Source: a virus | Taxonomy: Duplodnaviria > Heunggongvirae > Uroviricota > Caudoviricetes | DNA: 5,019 nucleotides | Reading direction: 5' to 3' (one strand) | Virus record (IMG/VR): IMGVR_UViG_2693429774_000001 | Shown: positions 1 through 5,019 of the stretch, in pieces | How positions within the stretch are numbered: position 1 is the stretch's first letter | Layout: the number at the start of each line of letters is the position of its first letter | The notes under the pieces: generated by a model | What the model was told of the DNA's origin: nothing | Database searches by the model: none | Seen by the model: only the letters and a program-made list of their open reading frames with translations | Made by a program: the position numbers and the translations under genes

Positions 1-24
1 ATGGCGCAACAGGTAGCAGCATGA
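1..24 (+). CDS. 3' terminus of an upstream CDS, partial (P2 gene order would make this the lysA-like lysis gene, but 7 codons cannot show it)
   Basis: Frame 1 is open from the window edge to TGA at 22-24. This stop overlaps the lysB ATG (ATGA at 21-24). Product not assignable from the sequence itself. Confidence 0.3.
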   Translation: MAQQVAA

Positions 25-449
25 ACCGGTTGCTGCTGGTTGTGCTGGCGTTATTACTGGCGGCTCTGGGCTGGCAGACGTGGCGGCTGGCTGATGCCAG
101 CCAGACCATTAGCACGCAGGCAGACGAGCTGCAGAGCAAAAGCCAGGCACTGGCAAAGAGCAACAGCCAGCTTATCAGCCTGTCCATTCTGACTGAAACC
201 AATAACCGGGAGCAGGCGCGGCTCTATGCCGAAGCAGAACAGACCAGCGCACTGCTGAGACAACGACAACGCCGGATTGAGAAACTGAAACGTGAGAACG
301 AGGATTTACGCCGCTGGGCTGATACTCCTTTGCCTGCTGACATTATCCGGCTGCGGGAACGTCCGACGCTCACCGGAGGTGCAGCTTACCGTCAGTGGTT
401 GTCCGCGAGTGACGCCGTGTCGGCTGGAGCAGGCAGCACCGCGCACTAA
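21..449 (+). CDS. lysB: LysB, Rz-like inner-membrane spanin (i-spanin)
   Basis: 142-aa ORF starting at ATG. It has an N-terminal hydrophobic segment (LLLVVLALLLAALGW) followed by a charged, coiled-coil-like region and a C-terminal ...RENEDLRRWADTPLPADIIRLRERP... stretch that resembles P2 LysB as I recall it. It sits directly upstream of R and S as in P2, and carries an embedded out-of-frame lipoprotein ORF (lysC). Confidence 0.85.
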   Translation: MNRLLLVVLALLLAALGWQTWRLADASQTISTQADELQSKSQALAKSNSQLISLSILTETNNREQARLYAEAEQTSALLRQRQRRIEKLKRENEDLRRWADTPLPADIIRLRERPTLTGGAAYRQWLSASDAVSAGAGSTAH

Positions 450-582
450 CGGTGATCTGAATGCGTTGCTGGATGAAACGGAGGCCGCCTGGGCGGTCTG
501 TGCAGACAAAGTGGACATGATTATTGCGTGTCAGGAGCGAAACAGTGAACAAACCACAATCCCTGCGCCACGCCCTCAATAA
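292..582 (+). CDS. lysC: LysC, Rz1-like outer-membrane lipoprotein spanin (o-spanin)
   Basis: 96-aa ORF in the +1 frame relative to lysB, starting at GTG 292. It begins inside lysB (overlap 292-449) and extends past the lysB stop. The N-terminus MRTRIYAAGLILLCLLTLSGC is a signal peptide with an L-S-G-C lipobox (Cys codon at 352-354), and the C-terminus is Pro-rich (TTIPAPRPQ). This is the classic overlapped Rz/Rz1 arrangement. Confidence 0.8.
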   Translation: MRTRIYAAGLILLCLLTLSGCGNVRRSPEVQLTVSGCPRVTPCRLEQAAPRTNGDLNALLDETEAAWAVCADKVDMIIACQERNSEQTTIPAPRPQ

Positions 583-976
583 AGCGGTGCCTTATGTCCG
601 CAATAACCCGGACAAACTGCATCTGTTTGTGGATAACGGTTCGCTGGTTGCCACGGGGGCCAGCTCCATGTCATGGGAGTACCGCTACACCCTGAACGTG
701 GTGATTGAGGATTTCAGCGGCGACCAGAATCTGCTGATGGCCCCGGTTTTGCTGTGGCTGCGTGATAACCAGCCCGATGCCATCAATAACCCGGCGTTAC
801 GGGAAAAGCTATTCACCTTTGAGGTGGATATTCTGCGCAACGATGTCTGTGATATCAGCCTCAACCTGCAACTGACGGAGCGTGTGCTGGTCAGCACTGA
901 CGGCAGTGTGTCGAGCGTTGAAGCTATAGCGGAACCTGATGAACCTGAAGAAATGTGGACGGTGAAACGTGGCTGA
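545..976 (+). CDS. R: Tail completion protein R (P2 gpR-like)
   Basis: The ORF is open from 524 (a TTG start in the track). I prefer GTG 545 because AGGAG at 533-537 sits 7 nt upstream of it. The protein (…KPQSLRHALNKAVPYVRNNPDKLHLFVDNG…) resembles the P2 gpR family and sits in the conserved position between the lysis genes and S. The 5' end overlaps the lysC 3' end. Confidence 0.82.
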   Translation: MNKPQSLRHALNKAVPYVRNNPDKLHLFVDNGSLVATGASSMSWEYRYTLNVVIEDFSGDQNLLMAPVLLWLRDNQPDAINNPALREKLFTFEVDILRNDVCDISLNLQLTERVLVSTDGSVSSVEAIAEPDEPEEMWTVKRG

Positions 977-1415
977 ACTGCAGAAAGTGGACGACTGGCT
1001 GAGTGCCTTGCTGGCGAATCTGGAGCCAGCCGCAAGAAGCCGCATGATGCGCCAGCTGGCGCAGGAACTACGCCGGACACAGCAGCAAAATATCAGAATG
1101 CAGCGCAATCCAGATGGCAGCAGTTATGAACCGCGACGGGTAACAGCACGCAGTAAAAAAGGCCGTATCAAACGTCAGATGTTTGCAAAGCTGCGCACCA
1201 CAAAATACCTGAAAACCTCCGCCAGCGCCGACTCTGCCAGCGTGCAGTTTGAAGGCAAGGTGCAGCGCATTGCCCGCGTTCACCATTACGGCCTGCGAGA
1301 TCGCGTCAGTCGTAAGGGACCGGAGGTGCGTTACGCAGAGCGTCGCCTTCTGGGTGTAAATGATGATGTTGAGGCAATGACCCGCGACATGATTCTGCAA
1401 TGGCTGGCGGGGTGA
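969..1415 (+). CDS. S: Tail completion protein S (P2 gpS-like)
   Basis: 148-aa ORF starting at GTG 969, which overlaps the R stop (GTGGCTGA, TGA at 974-976). The sequence (MAELQKVDDWLSALLANLEPAARSRMMRQLAQELRRTQQQNIRMQRNPDGSSYEPRRV…) is strongly reminiscent of P2 gpS, and the position after R matches. Confidence 0.85.
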   Translation: MAELQKVDDWLSALLANLEPAARSRMMRQLAQELRRTQQQNIRMQRNPDGSSYEPRRVTARSKKGRIKRQMFAKLRTTKYLKTSASADSASVQFEGKVQRIARVHHYGLRDRVSRKGPEVRYAERRLLGVNDDVEAMTRDMILQWLAG

Positions 1416-1418
1416 TCT

Positions 1419-1438
1419 TTGTATCAGCACTGATACAA
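1419..1438 (+). promoter_or_regulatory. Perfect 20-bp palindrome TTGTATCAGCACTGATACAA (TGT-N12-ACA), candidate late-activator (Ogr/Delta-family) binding site marking the start of the V-operon; may also help terminate the upstream operon
   Basis: Directly read: positions 1419-1438 are a perfect inverted repeat, with TGT at 1420-1422 and ACA at 1435-1437 separated by 12 nt. It lies in the only intergenic gap (1416-1483), between S and V, where P2 carries its PV late promoter. P2/186/P4 late promoters are known to have a TGT-N12-ACA dyad centred near -55. I could not identify clear -10/-35 hexamers. Confidence 0.5.
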
Positions 1439-1483
1439 GTTGCAGCACTGCCGCCTTTCTTCCCCTGATGGCAACCTTTCCCT

Positions 1484-2062
1484 ATGAACGCACAATTAAC
1501 CGAAATCATGCGCCTTATCACCAACCTGATCCGCACAGGTGTAGTCACCGAAGTGGACCGGGAAAACTGGCTTTGTCGGGTGAAAACGGGCGACCTTGAA
1601 ACCAACTGGATCAGCTGGTTGACGCTGCGCGCGGGTAATGCCCGCACATGGTGGAAACCATCGGAAGGTGAGCAGGTGGTGCTGCTGAGTCTGGGCGGCA
1701 ATCTGGAGACTGCCTTTGCGCTGCCCGCTGTCTATTCGAATCAGTTCGCACCACCGTCGACGTCGGCGGACGCCTGCGTGACAGAACATCCTGACGGTGG
1801 CTGGTTTGAATACGAACCAGCAACCGGGCGCTGGTATGTCAGGGGCATCAAATCAATGGTCATTGAGGCCGCTGACAACATCACCATGAAAACCAGTGAG
1901 TTTGTACTGGAGGCTGACCGCACGCGCATTAACAGCGAAGTGGTGATCAATGGTGGCGTTACCCAGGGCGGCGGAGCGATGAGTTCTAACGGGATCGTGG
2001 TTGATGCGCATCAGCATACTGGCGTCCTGAAAGGCGGCGACACAACCGGAGGCCCGGTATGA
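1484..2062 (+). CDS. V: Baseplate central spike protein V (P2 gpV-like)
   Basis: 192-aa ORF starting at ATG 1484. The N-terminal region (…LIRTGVVTEVDRENWLCRVKTGDLETNWISWLTLRAGNARTWWKPSEGEQVVLLSLGG…) resembles the gpV/gp5-type OB-fold spike, and there is a C-terminal Gly-rich tip with an HxH motif (HQH, codons 2009-2017). It is the first gene after the S-V intergenic dyad. No obvious Shine-Dalgarno precedes the ATG, so the start is somewhat uncertain (next in-frame ATG is at 1508). Confidence 0.85.
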   Translation: MNAQLTEIMRLITNLIRTGVVTEVDRENWLCRVKTGDLETNWISWLTLRAGNARTWWKPSEGEQVVLLSLGGNLETAFALPAVYSNQFAPPSTSADACVTEHPDGGWFEYEPATGRWYVRGIKSMVIEAADNITMKTSEFVLEADRTRINSEVVINGGVTQGGGAMSSNGIVVDAHQHTGVLKGGDTTGGPV

Positions 2063-2418
2063 CGCTTTATAGCGGGATGAACAATACCAGCGGTAAAGCC
2101 ATTACTGATATTGACCATCTGCGCCAGTCGGTGCGGGACATTCTGCTGACGCCGCAGGGTAGCCGCATTGCCCGTCGGGAATATGGTTCCCTGCTGTCGG
2201 CACTGATAGATCAGCCACAAAATCCGGCGTTACGCCTGCAGGTTATGTCGGCTGTGTATGTTGCACTGAGTCGCTGGGAGCCACGGCTGACGCTGGATTC
2301 CATCACTATTAACAGCAATTTTGACGGTTCAATGGTGGTGGAGCTGACCGGACGGCGGAATAACGGTGTGCCTGTGTCCCTTTCAGTATCAACAGGAGCA
2401 GAGAATGGCAGTGATTGA
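2059..2418 (+). CDS. W: Baseplate wedge protein W (gp25-like / P2 gpW-like)
   Basis: 119-aa ORF. Its ATG 2059 overlaps the V stop (ATGA), and GGAGG at 2047-2051 gives good spacing. The sequence (…DHLRQSVRDILLTPQGSRIARREYGSLLSALIDQPQNPALRLQV…SRWEPRLTL…) matches the gpW/GP25 family pattern as I recall it. Confidence 0.9.
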   Translation: MTLYSGMNNTSGKAITDIDHLRQSVRDILLTPQGSRIARREYGSLLSALIDQPQNPALRLQVMSAVYVALSRWEPRLTLDSITINSNFDGSMVVELTGRRNNGVPVSLSVSTGAENGSD

Positions 2419-3313
2419 CCTTTCGCAGTTGCCTGCACCGCAGATTGTGGATGTGCCGGACTTTGAGACGCTGCTTGCCGAACGCAAGGCAGAATTTGTG
2501 GCGCTTCATCCGAAAGATGAGCAGGAAGCAGTGATCCGCACGCTGGAACTGGAATCTGAACCCGTCACCAAATTGTTGCAGGAGAACGCTTACCGTGAGT
2601 TGCTTCTGCGCCAGCGCATTAATGAAGCCGCGCAGGCGGTAATGGTGGCTTACGCGATGGGCGGCGATCTTGACCAGATCGCTGCCAACTACAACGTGAA
2701 ACGCCTGACGGTGACGCCTGCTGATAATGACGCTGTGCCGCCCGTGGCAGCAGTGATGGAAAGCGATGAAGCGTTACGCCTGCGTGTGCCTGCAGCCTTT
2801 GAGGGGCTTTCAGTTGCGGGACCAACTGCCGCTTATGAATTTCATGCCCGAAGCGCCGACGGTCGGGTGGCGGATGCCAGTGCAACCAGTCCGGCACCTG
2901 CAGAGGTGGTGCTGACAGTCCTTAGCCGCGAAGGCGACGGAACAGCAGAAAAAGACCTGCTGGATGTGGTGGAGAAAGCACTGAACAGTGAGAATGTCCG
3001 CCCGGTGGCTGACCGTCTGACGGTTCGCAGCGCGGAAATCATCCCGTACCGCGTGGAAGCCACCATTTTTCTCTATCCGGGACCGGAAGCAGAGCCGGTA
3101 ATGGCAGCGGCAAAAGCCAGCCTGCAGAGGTACATTGCCAGTCAGACGCGGCTAGGTCGGGATATTCGCCGTAGCGCCATTTTTGCCGCGCTGCATGTTG
3201 AGGGTGTTCAGCGTGTGGAACTGGCTTCCCCGCAGGCGGACGTGGTCCTGAACAAAACGCAGGCGGCATCATGTACGCAGTGGAGCGTGACCAACGGGGG
3301 AACGGATGAATAG
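2405..3313 (+). CDS. J: Baseplate protein J (P2 gpJ-like, gp6-like wedge component)
   Basis: The track ORF 2366-3313 is trimmed to ATG 2405 (MAVIDLSQLPAPQ…), which has AGGAG at 2394-2398, 6 nt upstream. This gives 302 aa, the size I recall for P2 gpJ. It overlaps the W 3' end by 14 nt and sits in the conserved position between W and I. Confidence 0.9.
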   Translation: MAVIDLSQLPAPQIVDVPDFETLLAERKAEFVALHPKDEQEAVIRTLELESEPVTKLLQENAYRELLLRQRINEAAQAVMVAYAMGGDLDQIAANYNVKRLTVTPADNDAVPPVAAVMESDEALRLRVPAAFEGLSVAGPTAAYEFHARSADGRVADASATSPAPAEVVLTVLSREGDGTAEKDLLDVVEKALNSENVRPVADRLTVRSAEIIPYRVEATIFLYPGPEAEPVMAAAKASLQRYIASQTRLGRDIRRSAIFAALHVEGVQRVELASPQADVVLNKTQAASCTQWSVTNGGTDE

Positions 3314-3911
3314 TCTGCTGCCACCGGGTTCAACGCCACTGGAGCGCCGACTGGCGCAAACCTGCAGCGGGATTTCTGATCTGCAGGTGTCACTGCGTGA
3401 CTTGTGGAATCCGGCAACCTGTCCGGTCAGTTTCCTGCCTTATCTCGCCTGGGCGTTCTCTGTGGATCGCTGGGACGAGGGCTGGACAGAAAGCGTCAAA
3501 CGCCAGGTAGTGAAGGATGCTTTTTATATTCATCAGCACAAAGGAACCACCAGTGCCGTACGGCGGGTGGTGGAGCCGTTCGGCTTCCTGATCCGCATTA
3601 TTGAGTGGTGGCAGACCGGAGAAACACCGGGCACGTTTCGCCTGGACATTGGTGTGCAGGACCAGGGCATCACTGAAGATACCTATCTGGAACTTGAGCG
3701 ACTGATAAGCGATGCCAAACCATGTAGCCGTCACATGGTCGGCATGTCCATCAATCTGCAGACCAGCGGCCCGCATTGGGTGGGAGCCGCCAGTTATCTT
3801 GGCGAAGAAATCACGATCTATCCGTATATCAACGAAACAATTATTTCCGGCGGCACCGCGCATGAAGGCGGGGCGGTCCATGTTATTGACACAATGAGAG
3901 TGAATCCATGA
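3306..3911 (+). CDS. I: Baseplate/tail protein I (P2 gpI-like)
   Basis: 201-aa ORF. Its ATG 3306 overlaps the J stop (ATGAATAG, 8-nt overlap), with a G-rich SD-like stretch at 3296-3300. The motif …LLPPGSTPLERRLAQ…LRDLWNPATCPVSFLPYLAWAFSVDRWDEGW… is characteristic of P2 gpI-family proteins. Confidence 0.87.
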   Translation: MNSLLPPGSTPLERRLAQTCSGISDLQVSLRDLWNPATCPVSFLPYLAWAFSVDRWDEGWTESVKRQVVKDAFYIHQHKGTTSAVRRVVEPFGFLIRIIEWWQTGETPGTFRLDIGVQDQGITEDTYLELERLISDAKPCSRHMVGMSINLQTSGPHWVGAASYLGEEITIYPYINETIISGGTAHEGGAVHVIDTMRVNP

Positions 3912-5019
3912 GCACAAAATTTTATACCCTGCTGACGGATATTGGCGCGGCGAAACTTGCCAGCGCCGCCGCGCTCGGTGTGCCGCTAAAAATTACCCAT
4001 ATGGCGGTGGGCGATGGCGGCGGAGCATTGCCGACGCCGGACGCAAAGCAGACGGCACTGGTAAATGAGAAACGCCGGGCTGCGCTGAATATGCTCTATA
4101 TCGACCCGCAGAACAGCAGCCAGATTATTGCTGAACAGGTGATCCCTGAAAATGAGGGTGGTTGGTGGATACGTGAAGTGGGTCTGTTTGATGAGTCCGG
4201 GGCATTGATTGCCGTAGGCAACTGCCCGGAAAGCTATAAGCCGCAACTGGCTGAAGGCAGCGGGCGCACCCAGACCGTGCGCATGGTGTTGATTACCAGC
4301 AGCACGGACAATATCACCCTGAAAATCGACCCTGCCGTCGTGCTGGCAACCCGCAAGTATGTGGATGACAAGGTACTGGAGCTGAAGGTGTTCGTGGATG
4401 ATAAGATGGCAAAACATCTTGCCGCACCGGACCCGCATTCACAGTATGCACCCAAAGAAAGCCCGACATTGACCGGAACACCCAAAGCGCCAACGCCAGC
4501 GGAGGGGAATAACACCACGCAGATTGCGACCACCGCGTTTGTTCAGGCGGCACTGATGGCCCTTATTAATGGTGCGCCAGCCACACTGGATACGCTGAAA
4601 GAAATTGCCGCTGCCATTAATAATGACCCGAAATTCAGTACCACCATTAACAATGCGCTGGCACTGAAAGCGCCGCTGTCAAGTCCGGCACTCACCGGAA
4701 CGCCAACAGCCCCCACTGCCGCACAGTCGGTTAACAATACACAGATTGCCACTACGGCTTTTGTGAAATCGGCGATTGCGGCAATGGTGGGTTCTGCACC
4801 TGCGGCACTGGATACACTGAACGAACTGGCGGCGGCGCTGGGGAATGACCCGAACTTTGCCACGACAATGCTTAATGCACTGGCAGGTAAACAACCGCTG
4901 GACAATACGCTGACTAATTTGAGTGGAAAGGATGTAGCTGGTCTTCTCGCATACCTTGGTTTGGGAGAAGGTTCTGCGTTGCCTGTTGGCGTACCAGTTC
5001 CTTGGCCTTCAGCTACGCC
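3908..5019 (+). CDS. H: Tail fibre protein H (P2 gpH-like), 5' partial; continues beyond the 3' end of the window
   Basis: Frame 2 is open from ATG 3908 to the window end (370 codons, no stop; my manual translation). The ATG overlaps the I stop (ATGA). The N-terminus MSTKFYTLLTDIGAAKLASAAALGVPLKITHMAVGDGGGALP…ESYKPQLAEGSG… matches the conserved baseplate-proximal domain of P2 H-type fibres. It is followed by shaft repeats containing NNTQIATTAFV…LDTL.E.AAA..NDP.F.TT and then …VPWPSATP at the edge. Confidence 0.85.
   Translation, partial: MSTKFYTLLTDIGAAKLASAAALGVPLKITHMAVGDGGGALPTPDAKQTALVNEKRRAALNMLYIDPQNSSQIIAEQVIPENEGGWWIREVGLFDESGALIAVGNCPESYKPQLAEGSGRTQTVRMVLITSSTDNITLKIDPAVVLATRKYVDDKVLELKVFVDDKMAKHLAAPDPHSQYAPKESPTLTGTPKAPTPAEGNNTTQIATTAFVQAALMALINGAPATLDTLKEIAAAINNDPKFSTTINNALALKAPLSSPALTGTPTAPTAAQSVNNTQIATTAFVKSAIAAMVGSAPAALDTLNELAAALGNDPNFATTMLNALAGKQPLDNTLTNLSGKDVAGLLAYLGLGEGSALPVGVPVPWPSAT
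4463..4900 (+). repeat. In-frame tandem duplication (about 216 + 222 bp) inside tail-fibre gene H, encoding two diverged copies of a roughly 72-aa shaft motif
   Basis: Copy 1 (about 4463-4678) encodes PTLTGTPKAPTPAEGNNTTQIATTAFVQAALMALINGAPATLDTLKEIAAAINNDPKFSTTINNALALKAPL. Copy 2 (about 4679-4900) encodes PALTGTPTAPTAAQSVNNTQIATTAFVKSAIAAMVGSAPAALDTLNELAAALGNDPNFATTMLNALAGKQPL. They are colinear at both protein and DNA level (e.g. acacagattgc[c/g]ac[t/c]ac, gatac[a/g]ctgaa). Boundaries are approximate. Confidence 0.7.

Noticed and set aside
54-579. Antisense ORFs within lysB/lysC (54-269, 306-518, 370-579)
   Set aside because: The region is already dual-coding on the + strand (lysB/lysC); a third antisense frame is implausible, and the products are Arg/Cys-rich low-complexity sequence.
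1419-1445. Palindrome read as a classical Rho-independent terminator
   Set aside because: The stem is present but is followed by GTTGCAGCACTG rather than a T-rich tract, so it is not a canonical intrinsic terminator. The TGT-N12-ACA activator-site reading fits better, though a terminating role is not excluded.
685-1701. Antisense ORFs opposite R, S and the 5' end of V (685-1080, 809-1108, 1068-1448, 1306-1701)
   Set aside because: Same reasoning: these are shadow ORFs nested in the R/S/V genes with no independent signals. 1306-1701 would run straight through the S-V regulatory dyad.
2366-2404. Upstream extension of J to 2366 (MCLCPFQYQQEQR…)
   Set aside because: ATG 2405 has a canonical AGGAG 6 nt upstream and gives the expected 302-aa product; the extension would lie deep inside W with no RBS.
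3404-3897. Same-strand internal ORFs inside I (3404-3604, 66 aa; 3712-3897, 61 aa)
   Set aside because: These are out-of-frame ORFs inside gene I with no SD and Arg/Gly-rich composition; most likely chance ORFs.
3390-3917. Long antisense ORFs opposite I and H (3390-3917, 175 aa; 3986-4438, 150 aa; 4234-4533; 4314-4553; 4543-4905; 4679-4894)
   Set aside because: Each lies fully inside a well-supported + strand structural gene, lacks a recognisable RBS, and translates to low-complexity Ala/Ser/Arg/Cys-rich sequence typical of shadow ORFs in GC-rich coding DNA. 4543-4905 simply mirrors the fibre repeat.
4463-4900. Fibre repeat as a diversity-generating retroelement template/variable pair or CRISPR-like array
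   Set aside because: The repeats are in-frame protein-module duplications with scattered substitutions at all base types. There are no short spacers and no adjacent reverse transcriptase, and they lie inside a continuous ORF.
1-5019. tRNA, rRNA, IS elements, integrase/attachment sites, toxin-antitoxin or defence genes
   Set aside because: No cloverleaf-compatible segments, terminal inverted repeats, or unassigned ORFs with independent start signals were seen; coding density leaves no room.
1-5019. Programmed translational frameshift site
   Set aside because: In P2-like phages the known frameshift is in the tail-chaperone genes of a different operon. No slippery heptamer with a downstream overlapping ORF of matching function was seen here; the lysB/lysC and other overlaps are independent initiations.

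Overview
The window is a densely packed, single-strand (+) block of late genes from a P2-like temperate myovirus (Peduovirus-type prophage), most likely in an enterobacterial host. The gene order is: 3' tip of an upstream lysis gene, lysB (i-spanin), lysC (o-spanin lipoprotein, embedded out of frame), R and S (tail completion), a 68-bp intergenic gap holding a perfect TGT-N12-ACA palindrome, then V (baseplate spike), W (gp25-like wedge), J, I and the 5' two-thirds of tail-fibre gene H, which runs off the 3' end. Assignments rest on my recognition of protein motifs in the supplied translations and on the conserved P2 gene order; no database search was run. Almost every gene junction is a start/stop overlap, and the only non-coding stretch is 1416-1483. 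I see no room for accessory cargo, no RNA genes, no CRISPR and no mobile-element ends. I therefore do not find a previously undescribed system here; the points worth a second look are regulatory and architectural details inside a well-known module.
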